Source: Lama guanicoe (taxonomy: Eukaryota). Taken from it: 64,000 nt of DNA. The notes below the pieces were generated by a model that saw only the letters and a list, made by a program, of their open reading frames with translations, did not search any database and was not told where the DNA came from. Positions 1-11,607 of the stretch are shown piece by piece. Each line of letters opens with the position of its first letter. Position 1 is the first letter of the stretch. The translations under genes were made by a program, and so were the position numbers. Location of the stretch: NCBI GenBank assembly GCA_013239625.1, contig MU053881.1, positions 8,393,957 through 8,457,956 on the forward strand. The letters run 5' to 3'.

Positions 1-26
1 GAATTGGTCGGTTTTGACTCGTTACT

Positions 27-72
27 ACAGGGCCGGGTCCAGTGGGCCCACAGGGCCGGGTCCAGTGGGCCC
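27..72. repeat. Perfect 23-bp tandem duplication (ACAGGGCCGGGTCCAGTGGGCCC x2)
   Basis: Identical units at 27-49 and 50-72. Confidence 0.95.
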
Positions 73-560
73 GCACGACCCCTCCTCTGACACCCCAGAT
101 GCCCTCCTTCATTCAGCCGCAGGCTTCCACTCCCTCAGAAATGGGGCTCGCCTCCCCTCTCGAGTCTGTCTTGATTTCTCCTATGTCTACAACTCACGCG
201 ATTGAGCCTTTTCATGCCCCAGGCACGATGCTGGACACCTTACTTTTGCTACCTCAGTTCATTTTCACAACCCTCTGAGGTCCCGACTGCTACCCTCTGT
301 AAGGACCAGGCTCCCAGAGGTTAAGTCACACAGATGATAAGTAGTCAAGTTGCGATTCCCCCGCCTCCACCCAAGCACCTGCTCCAGAACCCCCCCCAGC
401 CCCCCACTCCCTCCCCAGTGCTGTTTCCTCACTCTGTGTCCTCAGCATTGACACTCTCCTTTACTGGGTTCTCCTCACCATCCTGCTCTGAAGGAGCTTC
501 CTCAATGCAGGCGGGTTCCCCCTGGAGAGGGGAAGACCTGTCTTCTTGGCTTTGTGTTCC

Positions 561-1427
561 TGTGACGGACGCCTATTATTCCTGCCGGTCCAGCATCCAT
601 TTCTCTAGCCTTAGAGTGACAGCACCCTCATCTTCCCTGGGGGAGCCACGCTTCCTCCGTGCTCAATTCCATCTAGCTCACGTGGGGCTTCAGGGCTAGG
701 AAATGTGACCTGTACCTGGCCACGCAGGATCTCAGTGATGGCTTCTGGGTGAGTATGCCACCTAAGCCCAGCCAGTTAACACTCAGTTCTGGCACTTCTG
801 CTGAGCTACTGGGGAAAAGGCAGCGTCTTTAGGCAGAGGTTGCTAAGCCAGCAAGATGCAAACCTAGAACGGATCATGGTCATCTTTACCAGCATATTGG
901 ACGGCCCCGTTTAAGAATTAAGCCATCTGTTTCTAGAACATTTTACTATTCGACCTTCCCACACTAGCGTGTGAGGGTATGCCAGTTTTTCTCAATGTTT
1001 TTTAGTTTTTTACTTGTTTCAACTGGTGTTTCTCTGATTATTATCCTGGTTGGTCGGTGTGATTTGCCACTTCTTTTGTGAATTGTCTTTTTAAATCCTC
1101 TTTGTGTTACTGTTGGGATGTATCCTCTTATTACTTACACTTTAATGTACTTTAATGCAAATTGTATATTACTACTTGTAGATCACTAATTAAATATATA
1201 TGACTAATTAAAAAAAAAGATTAAGCCATCTGGAGGTAGCAGTGCCATGAGAGGGGGAGTGAGGCTTGATGACACTGTTTCAGTTCCTAGCTCAATCCAT
1301 GCCTGAAGTTAGTCCAATATCTTAGAGTTTTCCATTAAATGAGCCAATACATTCTTTCTTTCACTTTGAAGCTATATTTGAGTTGAGTTCTTCAGTTATC
1401 TCTATGTAAAAGATATCGATCAAATAC
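561..1427 (+). mobile_element. Old MaLR (MLT1-type) solo LTR, interrupted by a retro-insertion at 930-1219; ends approximate
   Basis: MLT1-like blocks such as GAGGTTGCTAAGC, CCATGCCTGAAG, ATGAGCCAATACATTC and TTTGAGTTGAGTTC; subfamily uncertain. Confidence 0.6.
930..1219 (+). mobile_element. Polyadenylated retro-insertion with 13-bp TSD (truncated retrocopy or orphan transduction)
   Basis: ATTAAGCCATCTG at 917-929 and 1220-1232; ATTAAA signal followed by an A-run immediately before the right TSD. Confidence 0.7.
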
Positions 1428-1494
1428 CATCAACTCTCCTTCTATCCGAAAACACTAATGATTAAAAAAGGATAACTAAATAACTAGGAGACAT

Positions 1495-2009
1495 ACGCGC
1501 CCTGCATAATCCCCTCCCCTTCAATGTGGGGGCGGATATGATGGGATATCACCTCTATGATTAGGTGTAGCTAATCAGCTGAATTTGAGTTAAGCAAAAG
1601 AGAGATTATCCTGGGTGGGCCCAACCTAATCAGGTGAGCCCTTAAATGATGAATTGGGCACTTCCTGGAAAGAGATCTCCTGTTGCCTTGAAGAAGCAAT
1701 GCATGTTGTGGAGTGGACCACTAGCAGCTGTGAGCCGCCCCCGGCCTGCAGCAAGCAAGAAAACACAAGGGAAATGAACCCTACCAACCTGAGGGAGCGT
1801 GGAACATGAATCTTCCCCTAGTTAAACCCGTAGATGGAAATGCAGTCAGTCAATGCCTAGATTTCTGCCTGAAAAGACCCTGAGCAGAGGATCCAGCTAA
1901 CCTGTGGCTGAACTCCTACCCATGGAAACTGTGAAATAATGAATTTGTATTATTTCAAGCTGCTAAATTTGAGGTAATTTGTTACGCAGCAACAGAAAAC
2001 CAACATAAC
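1495..2009 (+). mobile_element. MaLR solo LTR (MLT1E-like)
   Basis: GAGATTATCCTGGGTGGGCCCAACCTAATCAGGTGAGCCCTTAAA, and 3' end GGTAATTTGTTACGCAGCAACAGAAAAC. Confidence 0.7.
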
Positions 2010-3780
2010 ACCCAATAAAGGGATTTGAGAAGTGGTACATAAGCTATGACTATGAGACTTATCCTTACTTAAGGCTGGCAAGCATCCTTTTAGGAAGATG
2101 ACAGCTCAGTGCAGAAGTTCTATGATGCTCTTCCAGAGTGACCACTGTCTGGTCTGTGCTTATAAATGAGCAGGGCCAGGAAATCCAGCCAAGTGATGTC
2201 TGTGACTGGAGGTCTTGGAGCAACAAATGAAGATTCTTTTGCTTTGCTCTGACCGATGTCCAGTCTTAGCAACCTGCCTGGACAGGCCGAAGCAGAGAGA
2301 GGTATAGCTCGGACAGCAAGTGGAGGAAAGACTCCAGTGCCCGAGGGCCCTGGCCCAGCCCCTGGGCTCCTCTGTTCCTCAGGATATAGTTAGGACCTGA
2401 TGGAAACGGGTCAGACCCGCCATCAAGGGTTCCCTTGGCAAGTCATCCCCTTGGCTGAGGGGTAGAGGAGGTGGACATGCAGGAACTTTCGTGGGGCCTG
2501 CCTTGCAGGTAGTGAGTTGTAGGACGTGCCAGGGAGTAAGCGGGAGCTTCTGCAGTACGTTTCGCCGGGAGTGGGTCATGGAACACCAGCTCCAGAATGC
2601 TCCAAGGAGCTTATCAAAATGCAGTTTCTAGGCCCACCCCAGCTGCCTGGATGAGACCACCTGAGTGTGGCCTCAGAACCTGCATCACCCACACACTCCC
2701 AAGGAGACTCTCAGCGCTCCGGAGAGTGCGGCACCAGCCAGCCACAGCAGACGGAGTTGGGGTCGGGGGGCCAGAGGGGACAGCTGGCCATCCTTGGCAT
2801 TTGAGGCATGTCCACATTCTCCCACAGTCCGCACTCTCTTCTATCTGCATTGCTTCCTTTCTCCTGCTCTCTCTAGTTCTTTCTGGACATGTGTAGGGGA
2901 GGGGTGGTGATGGGCACAGGTCCCCCTCCGGGTGCTGGCTGTCAGCAGCAGGCCTGCGGGAGAGGCGGGGGGCCCGCCCCTGCTTGGGGCTGTCAGCACA
3001 CTCCCCTTTCTCTGCATGTTCTCTTTCGCGTTGCTCTCTCTGCTTTTCTGACATTCTGACTCCTGGGTTTCTTCTAGTTCGGCGAACTCACCAGAACCGT
3101 TGTTAAGTCTGTGTTGAAAGCCCAAAGTGAGGAGGGCCCCTCTGTACCTCCTGCAGCCCTGCCTGGTGAAAGTTCCTATCAGGAGTCGGGCCTCTGCCTA
3201 ATGCTGCCCACCCGGGTCCCTCTGCCAAGTCGCCGTGAGGAGGGGTGAGATTGCTCTGCGGGGACAGCTTGTGGCCTCTCCCCTTGTGTTTCCAGCTGGA
3301 CTGGGAGGAGCCCATTTGCACCTCCCTGCTTCTGGTCGGTGTTCAGGGGGACACCCGGCGTCTCTGCCAGCAGGGAGGGCTGTCAGAACCTTCAATTGCT
3401 CAGCCAGCCAGCCAGACGATGAGCAGAGTCCTGCGTGAGGCAGGGTCCCATCGGTGACTGTGATGTCGTGGGCTGGTTTATTCTTAGTGACTCTGATTTC
3501 CACCCAAGAAGACGAGGCCCAGTGTGCACGCTCCTGATCTAACCTATTCATCATAATAACAAGGTTACATTTATCCTCTGGCACTCTTCCCAGTCTACCC
3601 AGGCCTTATGGTTTACCAACTTCTGTTTGCAAATACTGCCGTGCTTGCAAAGTGACTTTTTTCAAACCAGTGGCTGAGAAGAAATGGTCGGACGTCAGGG
3701 GACGTGTGTGCAGGACACACCAGGCTTGGGGAAGTGAGGGGGGAGCAGGTGCACACACAGCTCCCAGGTGACTGTCTTAC

Positions 3781-3873
3781 CCGTTTCATCCGGACGCTGC
3801 GCCGCTCCAAGGAATTTCGAACAAAAGGAGGCTTCTTGGACAGGGTGGAGCTGTCGCTGTCACTCCGGTTCAG
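3781..3873 (-). CDS. WWC1: WWC1 exon 20 (93 nt): [31 protein letters not shown], aPKC/PKMzeta-binding segment
   Basis: Acceptor TTGCAG, donor GTAAGA; in ORF 3613..3879. Confidence 0.97.
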
Positions 3874-5251
3874 CTGCAAGAGAAAAGTAGTGGGAAGCTA
3901 ATCAAGGTCTGAGTGCATTGGTCAGGCACCTAGGCTTCCGTTTCCATGCACCTTCCTCTCCTCTCTAGGTGAACACTGCTGAGCGTGCACTGAATGATAA
4001 ATGCTGCTATGTGCTCAACATTCCATATCTCCTGTAATCCTTCCAGCAACCCCAGGGCGGGGAGCATCACTGCCTTACAAACGAGGAGATGGAGAGTTGG
4101 GGTTATAGAACCTGCCAAGGCTGGTGAGCCAATAGCAGCACAGAGGGGTTGACACCAGGCAGTGTGACTCCAGGATACAGTGACCCCCTTGACCTACCAC
4201 GTTAAGGCCTATTTGCATCAACTCTTCCCTGTCACCCATGGAGCCTGCCCTTATGGCTCAAATGGAGCCCCTGTCAAGGCTGACAGATACATGAAGAAGC
4301 AGCCCAGAGGCAAAGCCTCAGGGACCGTGTCCTTGGAGAAGATGGAGCAGACGCACTCTGCGAGGGCGGTGCTGGTCACAGCGCTCCCCTCCTCGGCATC
4401 CCTTCAATCACTCAGTTATCTGGACTCTCCCCAGGGGGCTAACATTCCTCCTCCAGGGCCAGACCTCAGGGCTCTGGTCCAGGTGGATGCTTTTCTACTG
4501 ACAGTGCATGCCCCCAGCGGAGGAGCGGAGAGCGAGGTTAGGGAGGGTGGCACGTCCCAGGACGTGCGAGGCGGGGCCGTCTTTCTGGAGTCGTATTTCC
4601 AAGTCAGTGGGATTGCCACGGGCTGATGCTAGAGTCTGTTTGTTCTGGCAGCTGGCAGCTCACTGCGGCGGGTCTCTTCTGAGAAGCTGTCCACGTCGTC
4701 ACTTTTGTGGTTATTAATCATTATTAGTGATCCTGATATTGATAGTCCTGCTACGCTGACGAACACAGCAGCCCCAGGGATGTCATGGATCAAACAGCTA
4801 CCACTCTAGGCAGAGTCTCAGCCGGGAGGGGACACAGACAAGAGCAACAGCAGTAGCAGCCCTGCGAGGTGCCACGGGCTTCATCCTTTGTCGGCAGCTT
4901 GTTCTAATCTTCAAACGATCCTAACGGAAGGAACTGAGGCCCAGAGACACTAAGACACTTTTACAAGCCACACTGCTGGGAAGCATCAGAATAAGATGCT
5001 CCAGGTCCAGTCTGTCTGACTCCAAGGCCACGTCCTCTCCTGGCCCCCAGGATGCACATTAGGGCTCGGAGATGAAACTTACCTACAGACAGAGGGGTGG
5101 GCCATCTCGACCGGGTGGAGTATTGCAAGTGGACCGGCTGGGTATCATATCAGAAGGGAGCTTTATCCCACATTATTTCAACCCAAAAGTGGCACTCAGA
5201 ATGTGGGTCACACGGACTGGAAACGTGGATCAGGACAATCCATTCTTATCT

Positions 5252-5370
5252 TTTTTTTTTTTAACAGAGGGAGGTAATTAGGTTTATTTACTTAGTAGAG
5301 GTACTGGGAATTGAACCCAGGACCTCATGCATGCTAGGTATGCACTCTACCACTGAGCTACACCCTCCCC
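5252..5370 (-). mobile_element. tRNA-Ala-derived SINE (camelid vic-1 type) with 19-bp TSD
   Basis: GGGGAGGGTGTAGCTCAGTGGTAGAG...GGTTCAATTCCC (A/B boxes), AAACCTAATTACCTCCC tail and poly(A); TSD GGACAATCCATTCTTATCT at 5233-5251 and 5373-5391. Confidence 0.9.
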
Positions 5371-6249
5371 TGGGACAATCCATTCTTATCTCATAGTTGT
5401 TTATGCGTTAAAGACCCCGGGATGAAAGAGTGATGAAAGCTACACTCAGTTCTTAAACTTTTCTTACAGAAAGATGTTCTAATGCATCTGATCTCAGGGT
5501 AGAGAATATTGTTGCCTTTCCGTTATTTCCATTTAATAGCGAGGAAAACTGCTATTAGGAGCAGAGAGGTGAAATAATGGAAAGTCACAGGGAGAATTCC
5601 AGCACTGCTGATAAATGTGTAGGTGTTAAAGACACGGGGGCTGCGGGGAGCTGTCACAGGAGTACAAGGCACTGTCCCTACCTTCATGGACTTAGAGTCC
5701 AGTGTAGGGCCAAGCTCGGGAAACTCACCAGGTGACACGGGCCAGGCTACGGACCAAAGACGGGAGATACCCAGCAGAGGGCACTTGGTGTGCAGATGTG
5801 TGGCATCAGGCCAGGAGAACGGAATACTTGTATTCAGAAAAAAATGCCCTGACTTTCTGCATCCATGAAATGGAATTAACACAATTTGCCTTGCAGGGCT
5901 GTTTGTAAGATTAGATGACACAGCAAATAAGGTTTTTTGTTTTTTGTTTTGGCGGGGGCGGTAGTGAGCAATCTAATTAGCATATGAAACTCTAGACTCT
6001 GGGTGGGGAAATCCCCACCCCATGACTCCTGATGGGAGACAAAGCCCGCCTTCCACTAATGAAGCAGAGGAAGTCCCAGAGTCTTGCTTTCATGGCCTCC
6101 CTTGCAGCTAGAAGCAGGCACAGGACTAGACTTTGACAATTAAATGCAACTGTCCTGGTCTCTGAATCAGAGCCTGGTAAATCAGACCTCTGCGACTGAG
6201 CCACGTGGATTTAACCAGGCCACTCTCTTCTGTTCCATGAGCATCCGTG

Positions 6250-6622
6250 TTTGTCAGTATCTCAGGAAGAAGCCCTTGGTGGTGAGCAGTGGCAGCGGCG
6301 GCAGCAGCAGCCAGAGCTCCCACGACCTCTCGCAGCGGCAGGAGTCTAGTGGAGGAGGTGTCCATGCTGCCCCAAGGCAGCGGGGAGTCCAGCCAGGGCC
6401 CCGTTCCACGGCGGCACTCTCGATGTCCTCCCCTGACAGTCTCTGTGGCATGGTTTTGGTGGTGGTCTAGTTGGCCTTGTTCCTGCCTCATTTCTGAGGC
6501 TGGTTCTACAGCCTCCTGATGAATACATGAACTACTCAATTTCCTTTCTAAAAACTTCTTCCTTGCATATATTGGTCACAGTCTGTTTCTGTTGCTTGCT
6601 GTTAAGAACCCTGACTGGTACA
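6250..6622 (+). mobile_element. Degenerate MaLR LTR (old MLT1 subfamily); 5' end approximate
   Basis: MLT1-type 3' terminus GTCTGTTTCTGTTGCTTGC...AAGAACCCTGACTGGTACA. Confidence 0.5.
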
Positions 6623-8956
6623 GGACTTGGTACTAGGGAGTCGAGTGCTATGAACCACAGACTGGAAGGCATGGAGCTGGCTGGCTCCTGGAGGCAGGAT
6701 GCAGCACAGCACAGACACCAATATTCCCTGTTGGGAATATGATAAGGCTCATTCTGTGCGTGAAAAACGGGGATACACTGTTTCCTGTTGTATCTTGGGA
6801 GACAGACTGCCTGCCTACAGAGTTTTAATGGAAATGATAGGAAAAAAAAAATTAAGATATTGCACTGTTGGCTACTTCTCGTGGCCTTGAGTAATAGTCT
6901 ACAGGAAACAGATGAGCTGGGGCTGAAGTGTAGTTAGAAAGCAAAGAAGGAAAAATATATGGCTTTGCCAAGAAAGGCCCTTTCTGCCTGCGGCATGGGG
7001 TCCGTAGACTGCGAATTTCTTAATCTGCAGCCCAGCAGGGTTGGAACCTGGTCCAGGTAATAGAACAGGGGAAAGGTCCAGTACAGTGCTGGGTGCATTA
7101 CAGGTGCTTAATAAATGGGACCGGAGCTCTCTGTTATTCAAGGATGCCCATCCTGGAAAAGGCCACTTCAAGTGAATCCATTTACACAGGGGACCAGAAT
7201 TTTATAGCAAATATTGAGGAGGAAAGTCCAACTTTTTAGTTAGAAAAGAGAAACATTTTACAAAAGTAATATTTCATGTCTTCCATGTGGCAAAATTACA
7301 ACTGCATCCTAATCCTGATGAAAAAGGACAAATCAAACGCTCATTCCCTTTAGTGTGATTTTGCTAACCAGTAAGATCCTTCCCTTTGTGTTTGATTCCA
7401 CTGCACCTTCATAAAGGCGGTAGTTTCGCCAAAAAAAAAAAAAAAAAAAACAGATTATCCATTTTCCTAAGGGCTTTTCTAAATCCTTCAAATTATTCAC
7501 ATTTGAAACACGGAGAGGATTTTCCTCCTCCTCAGCTCTGCACTGGCTTAACTGCAGGATTCTTCACTTGCGATTCAGGAATTCCCTCATGTTAAAACCA
7601 CATTCAGGGACTGCAGGAAACCCTGCGCCTTTCGCCAAGATACACAGTTACATTGCATGTGCTCATGTTGACTTTTCAGATGCTTAGAACCTCAACCCTG
7701 CTAGCTGGAGGTCTGACACAGAAGGGAGGGGTTTATGTTAATTCTGGGAGGGACTGCGGGGAATGCTTTTGTGGGGACTAATTTGATAGGTAGCCAGGAA
7801 ATTAGTGAAACTGTCATGTTATGAAAAAATTAGCTCCTCTACTCAAGTGTATTAATCGTCAGACTTGGATACCAAATATCAAATATTGAAACCACCATAT
7901 CCCATCTCCCTCCCAAATGCCAGTAGGCAGGTGGGTGGCAGGTTGATGATGGGGGTGCCTCCCTTGTGACGACTCACTGGAACACTAGGCAGGAGGGTTC
8001 TGTTTATGCCTTTTGTTACTGCTCACGGGTTCTGCATGGCAGAGGGCAAGGAAGGATGCTGACACGTCATTTGAGCCTCAGTTACAGGGTCTGGTTCTGC
8101 AGCCCCAGCAACCAGCATGACTCCTCAGATATGGGAAGGGCGCAAACCCTCCGTTCCCAGAGGGCTGGCAGAGAGAGGGGGTAGATTCATTGGAGAGCCA
8201 ACCAGGGGTACGTGGGAGCCAAGCCTACTTCAGGGCTTTGAAATCCAGCAGGGTCTGCAAGAGCAGGTCAGCAACAGAACTAGGTTAAAGAGGACCAGGT
8301 GGAGGCCAGAGTGAACTTGAGGGCGCCCTCCCCTCCACTCAGCCCGGGGCAGCGGCCCCCACAGCTCAGTTCCAGCCAATTGTCACCAAGACAGAATGTG
8401 TAGCTCGTGGTGCCAGACAGCCCTTTTTTTTTTCCCCCTCAAGAGAAACGGGAATTTAATCTTCATTTTTCTTTTATTTTTAATTGAATTTCCTAAGTTT
8501 TCAATGTTATCAAAAAGTTTGATTAAAAAAACCCTTAAACCCATGACTAAATAATCCTGGTCTGCTGCTCTTGTGCAACCCCAGGCTGCATGCTGGACTC
8601 GCCCTGGAGGAGGAAGAACGTCCATCAGGGACGGTGAGGGTCAGTCTGATCCCAGCAAGCGGTGTGGAAGGGCAGGGCGTGGACACGGAGGGGAGATGGG
8701 TCGGAAGTAGGAAAAACACTGGCCATGCACTGGTTACCAAGCCTTTCCCACACTGTAGCGAATTCAGTCCTTAAAACACCTCCATGGAGTCAGTCTACTA
8801 ACTCCACGAGGAATGTGAGGCTCAGAGACGTTAAGGCGCCCGAGGACGCCGGGCAGCGTGCGCGGAACCGGGATGTGCGCCCAGAACCCTGGGCTCCCGG
8901 CTACTCCGCGGGAAGTGGTGCTCTGGGCAGGGGGGATGGCGCCCGTGGCTGCTTAC

Positions 8957-9121
8957 CCGGCACACGTACTGGCTCTGAGGTCCCGGGGAGAAGGTCTTGG
9001 AGCGGATGATGGTGCTCCCTCGAAGAAACGGCCCTGGGGCTGGCGTGCCCACCCGCCGATCCTTGGGCCGCACGACCGTGGGAGACGGGGCCGGGGTCTC
9101 TGTGTTGGTCTCTTTGTCCAC
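8957..9121 (-). CDS. WWC1: WWC1 exon 19 (165 nt): [14 protein letters not shown]...[18 protein letters not shown]
   Basis: Acceptor CCTCAG, donor GTAAGC; in ORF 8831..9448. Confidence 0.96.
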
Positions 9122-10395
9122 CTGAGGAAGAAGCCACAGCTCTGAGGCCACCTGCCAGGTCCGCAGTGCCAGCCACCCAGCCCAAGACTCACGGGGGAGA
9201 CTCCCCACCTGCTCCCCACTCCTGTCACCTGGCCTTTGGCCCTCAGACACAGCTGGGGGCTTTTGAGGCCCCAGCCCAGCCAGGACGGCACCCAAGGCCC
9301 CGAGTGCCAGTCCCCAGTCCTCCCTGACACCTGTAGGCTGGGGCTGTGGGAGATAGTGAGTCTCGCACAAGCTCACGTGAGCAGTGGAGGTACCTCCAGC
9401 ACGGATGTCCTGGACTTCACACCCTCGAGACTTAGGCGTCAACCACATTCTGACAAAGCCACACCCAGAGCCTCACCACCCCAGCCGAGAACTGCTAATG
9501 TCTCCTTGCAGCTGTGGGGGCAACCCGCCAAGCTTGTTTTTAAGCTGGGTGGCCAGGTTGTCTATTGTCCTTTTACAGCAGTTACCAGCAGAGATAAGCA
9601 AACAAAAACACCCAAATGAAGGGCCTCGGTGAGTCTAAGCAGTGCCTTTGTGCAATTTTGAAAAAGGCACCCCACTCTGGCCGGAGAAACTGCAGAAAGA
9701 CCGCCCCTTGGTGTGGAGCAGTTAGAAGGCAGGCCTGGGGGTTTCTTCCAGCTCCCCCACCTCCCCGGGTCAGGCGCCTTTGTGCAGTGCACAACCGGCA
9801 GCTCCACCCTCACCGGCCCTGCTCAAACACAATGGGGTGCTCTACTGCCAGGAGGCCTGATGGTGGAAAGAACACGAGATCTCTTGGAGCATGAAGCCTG
9901 TTCTAACAGGTCACCCCAGTGCAGCAGGGAAACAGGAGGCGAGAGGAACTTGACTAGACACCCCCTCCTTTCCCATCGCATGTCCAACAGATCTAAGCGG
10001 AGAAGTCCATTTAGAACCCATCTGCAAGGACGGTATTCCTGTGTCCATTTTAGAGACGAGAAAGTGAAGGCCTGAGAGGGATGGAGTCATCCGCCTAGGG
10101 TGGAGCAGAGCCAGCATCTGAACCCAGACCCTTCTCCTACACAGCTTGAGGTCTGCCCAGAGAAACGGGAACTGCACAAGGCAGGAGAGATGAGGGGGCC
10201 AGTCAGCCTCGCAAAACTGCCTTACTGTTGCCAAAATGACCCCAATTCCAGACAGGGACACTCCTGCATGACCTTTTGCAGGTCACCACACTCTGATGCT
10301 AGGACTTAATGCCAAGCCTTTTCTGACTGCTTGGGCTCAAGGATTGAGGGCTGTTTCCCCAAGACAGCCCTCCCCATGTCCCCGGCCCTCCTTAC

Positions 10396-10522
10396 TTTTA
10401 CCGCCGGGCATTCGTCCATATCTGGTGAGACTTTCTCAGCAAAAACGTCCTCCTCTTCCCCCTCCTCCTCCTCGTCCTCGTCCACTGCTGCCTCATTCTC
10501 ACTCGTCTCCTCCTCGTACCTC
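10396..10522 (-). CDS. WWC1: WWC1 exon 18 (127 nt): Glu-rich tract RYEEETSENEAAVDEDEEEEGEEEDVFAEKVSPDMDECPAVK
   Basis: Acceptor TCACAG, donor GTAAGG; in ORF 10306..10608. Confidence 0.94.
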
Positions 10523-11159
10523 CTGTGATGACAAGGCACCTGGTTACCCACAGCGCCCACTCTGATCTGCTCACCTGCCTTTACGTGCATCCAGGGCAGG
10601 GCTTCCAAGCATTGTCAGGACTGAGGACACATCTTTTAAAAAACATCCATTTCAGGGAGGTACAATTTACATACAACAAAATGCATTTCCAGTATGTATA
10701 GTTTGATGAGTTTTGAGCAATGTGTTCCCCTGGGAAAGCGTGACCACACTCAAGATCTAGAATGCTCCATCACCCGGAAGGGCTCCCTTGTACCCCTTCC
10801 CAGTTACCCTCTCCCCACCCCCAGCCCACCACTGACCAGCGTTCTGTCCCTACAGATTAAATCAGATTTTTCCTGCATTTCATAGAAATGGAATCAGACA
10901 GGATGTGCTCTTTTGTCTCTGGCTCCATTCTCTCAGCATAATGTCTCTGAGATTTGTCCATGGCGGTGCATGTTACCCATCGTTCACTCCTTCCTACTGT
11001 TGAGTAATGTTGCATTGGATGGAGACACTACACTGTTTAGCTGTGTATCAGGCGATAAACATTTGGTTTGTTTCCATTTCTTAGCAAGTATGAATAAAGC
11101 TTCTACTGACATTTACCTACAAGTCTGTGGAGACACAGGATTTCATTTCTCTTGGACAC

Positions 11160-11565
11160 TGTATTCGTTTACTGGGGCTGCCATAACATAATACCTCAGA
11201 CTGGCTGGCTCAAATGACAGAAATTTATTTCTCACTGTTCTGGGGGCTAAAAGTCCAAGATCAAAGTGTTGCAGGTTTGGTGTCTTCTGAGGGCTCTCTG
11301 TTGGTGGCTTACAGATGGCCACCTTCTTGCTGTGCCCTCATATGGTTTTTTTTCCTCTGTGTGTGCACCCCTGGGGTGTCTCTGTGTGTTCAAATTTCCT
11401 CTTCTTCCAAGGACACCAGTCATATCGGATTAGGGCCCACCCTAACACTAACTGCCCCATGTTAACTGGATTGGCTCTTTAAAGACCCTGTCTTCAAATA
11501 CAGTCACATCCTGAGGTCCTGAGGTCAGAGCTTCAATATATGAATTTTGGGAGGAAAGAATTCGA
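11160..11565 (-). mobile_element. MaLR solo LTR (MLT1A-like) nested in L1
   Basis: GGGCTGCCATAACA...AGAAATTTATTTCTCAC...GTCCAAGATCAA...AAGGACACCAGTCATATCGGATTAGGGCCCACCCTAA. Confidence 0.8.
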
Positions 11566-11566
11566 C

Positions 11567-11571
<5 letters not shown>

Positions 11572-11604
<33 letters not shown>
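11572..11604. repeat. (TA)n microsatellite
   Basis: Uninterrupted TA dinucleotide run. Confidence 0.9.

Positions 11605-11607
<3 letters not shown>

Noticed and set aside
1..3780. Search for WWC1 exons 21-23
   Set aside because: No sequence encoding RTSLDLELDLQA or the C-terminal ADDV was found; these exons presumably lie beyond the left edge
6126..6539. 137-aa minus-strand ORF with a poly-Ala stretch, and overlapping ORFs
   Set aside because: Overlaps a decayed MaLR LTR; no ATG start, no recognisable domain, and the WWC1 frame joins exon 19 to exon 20 without it
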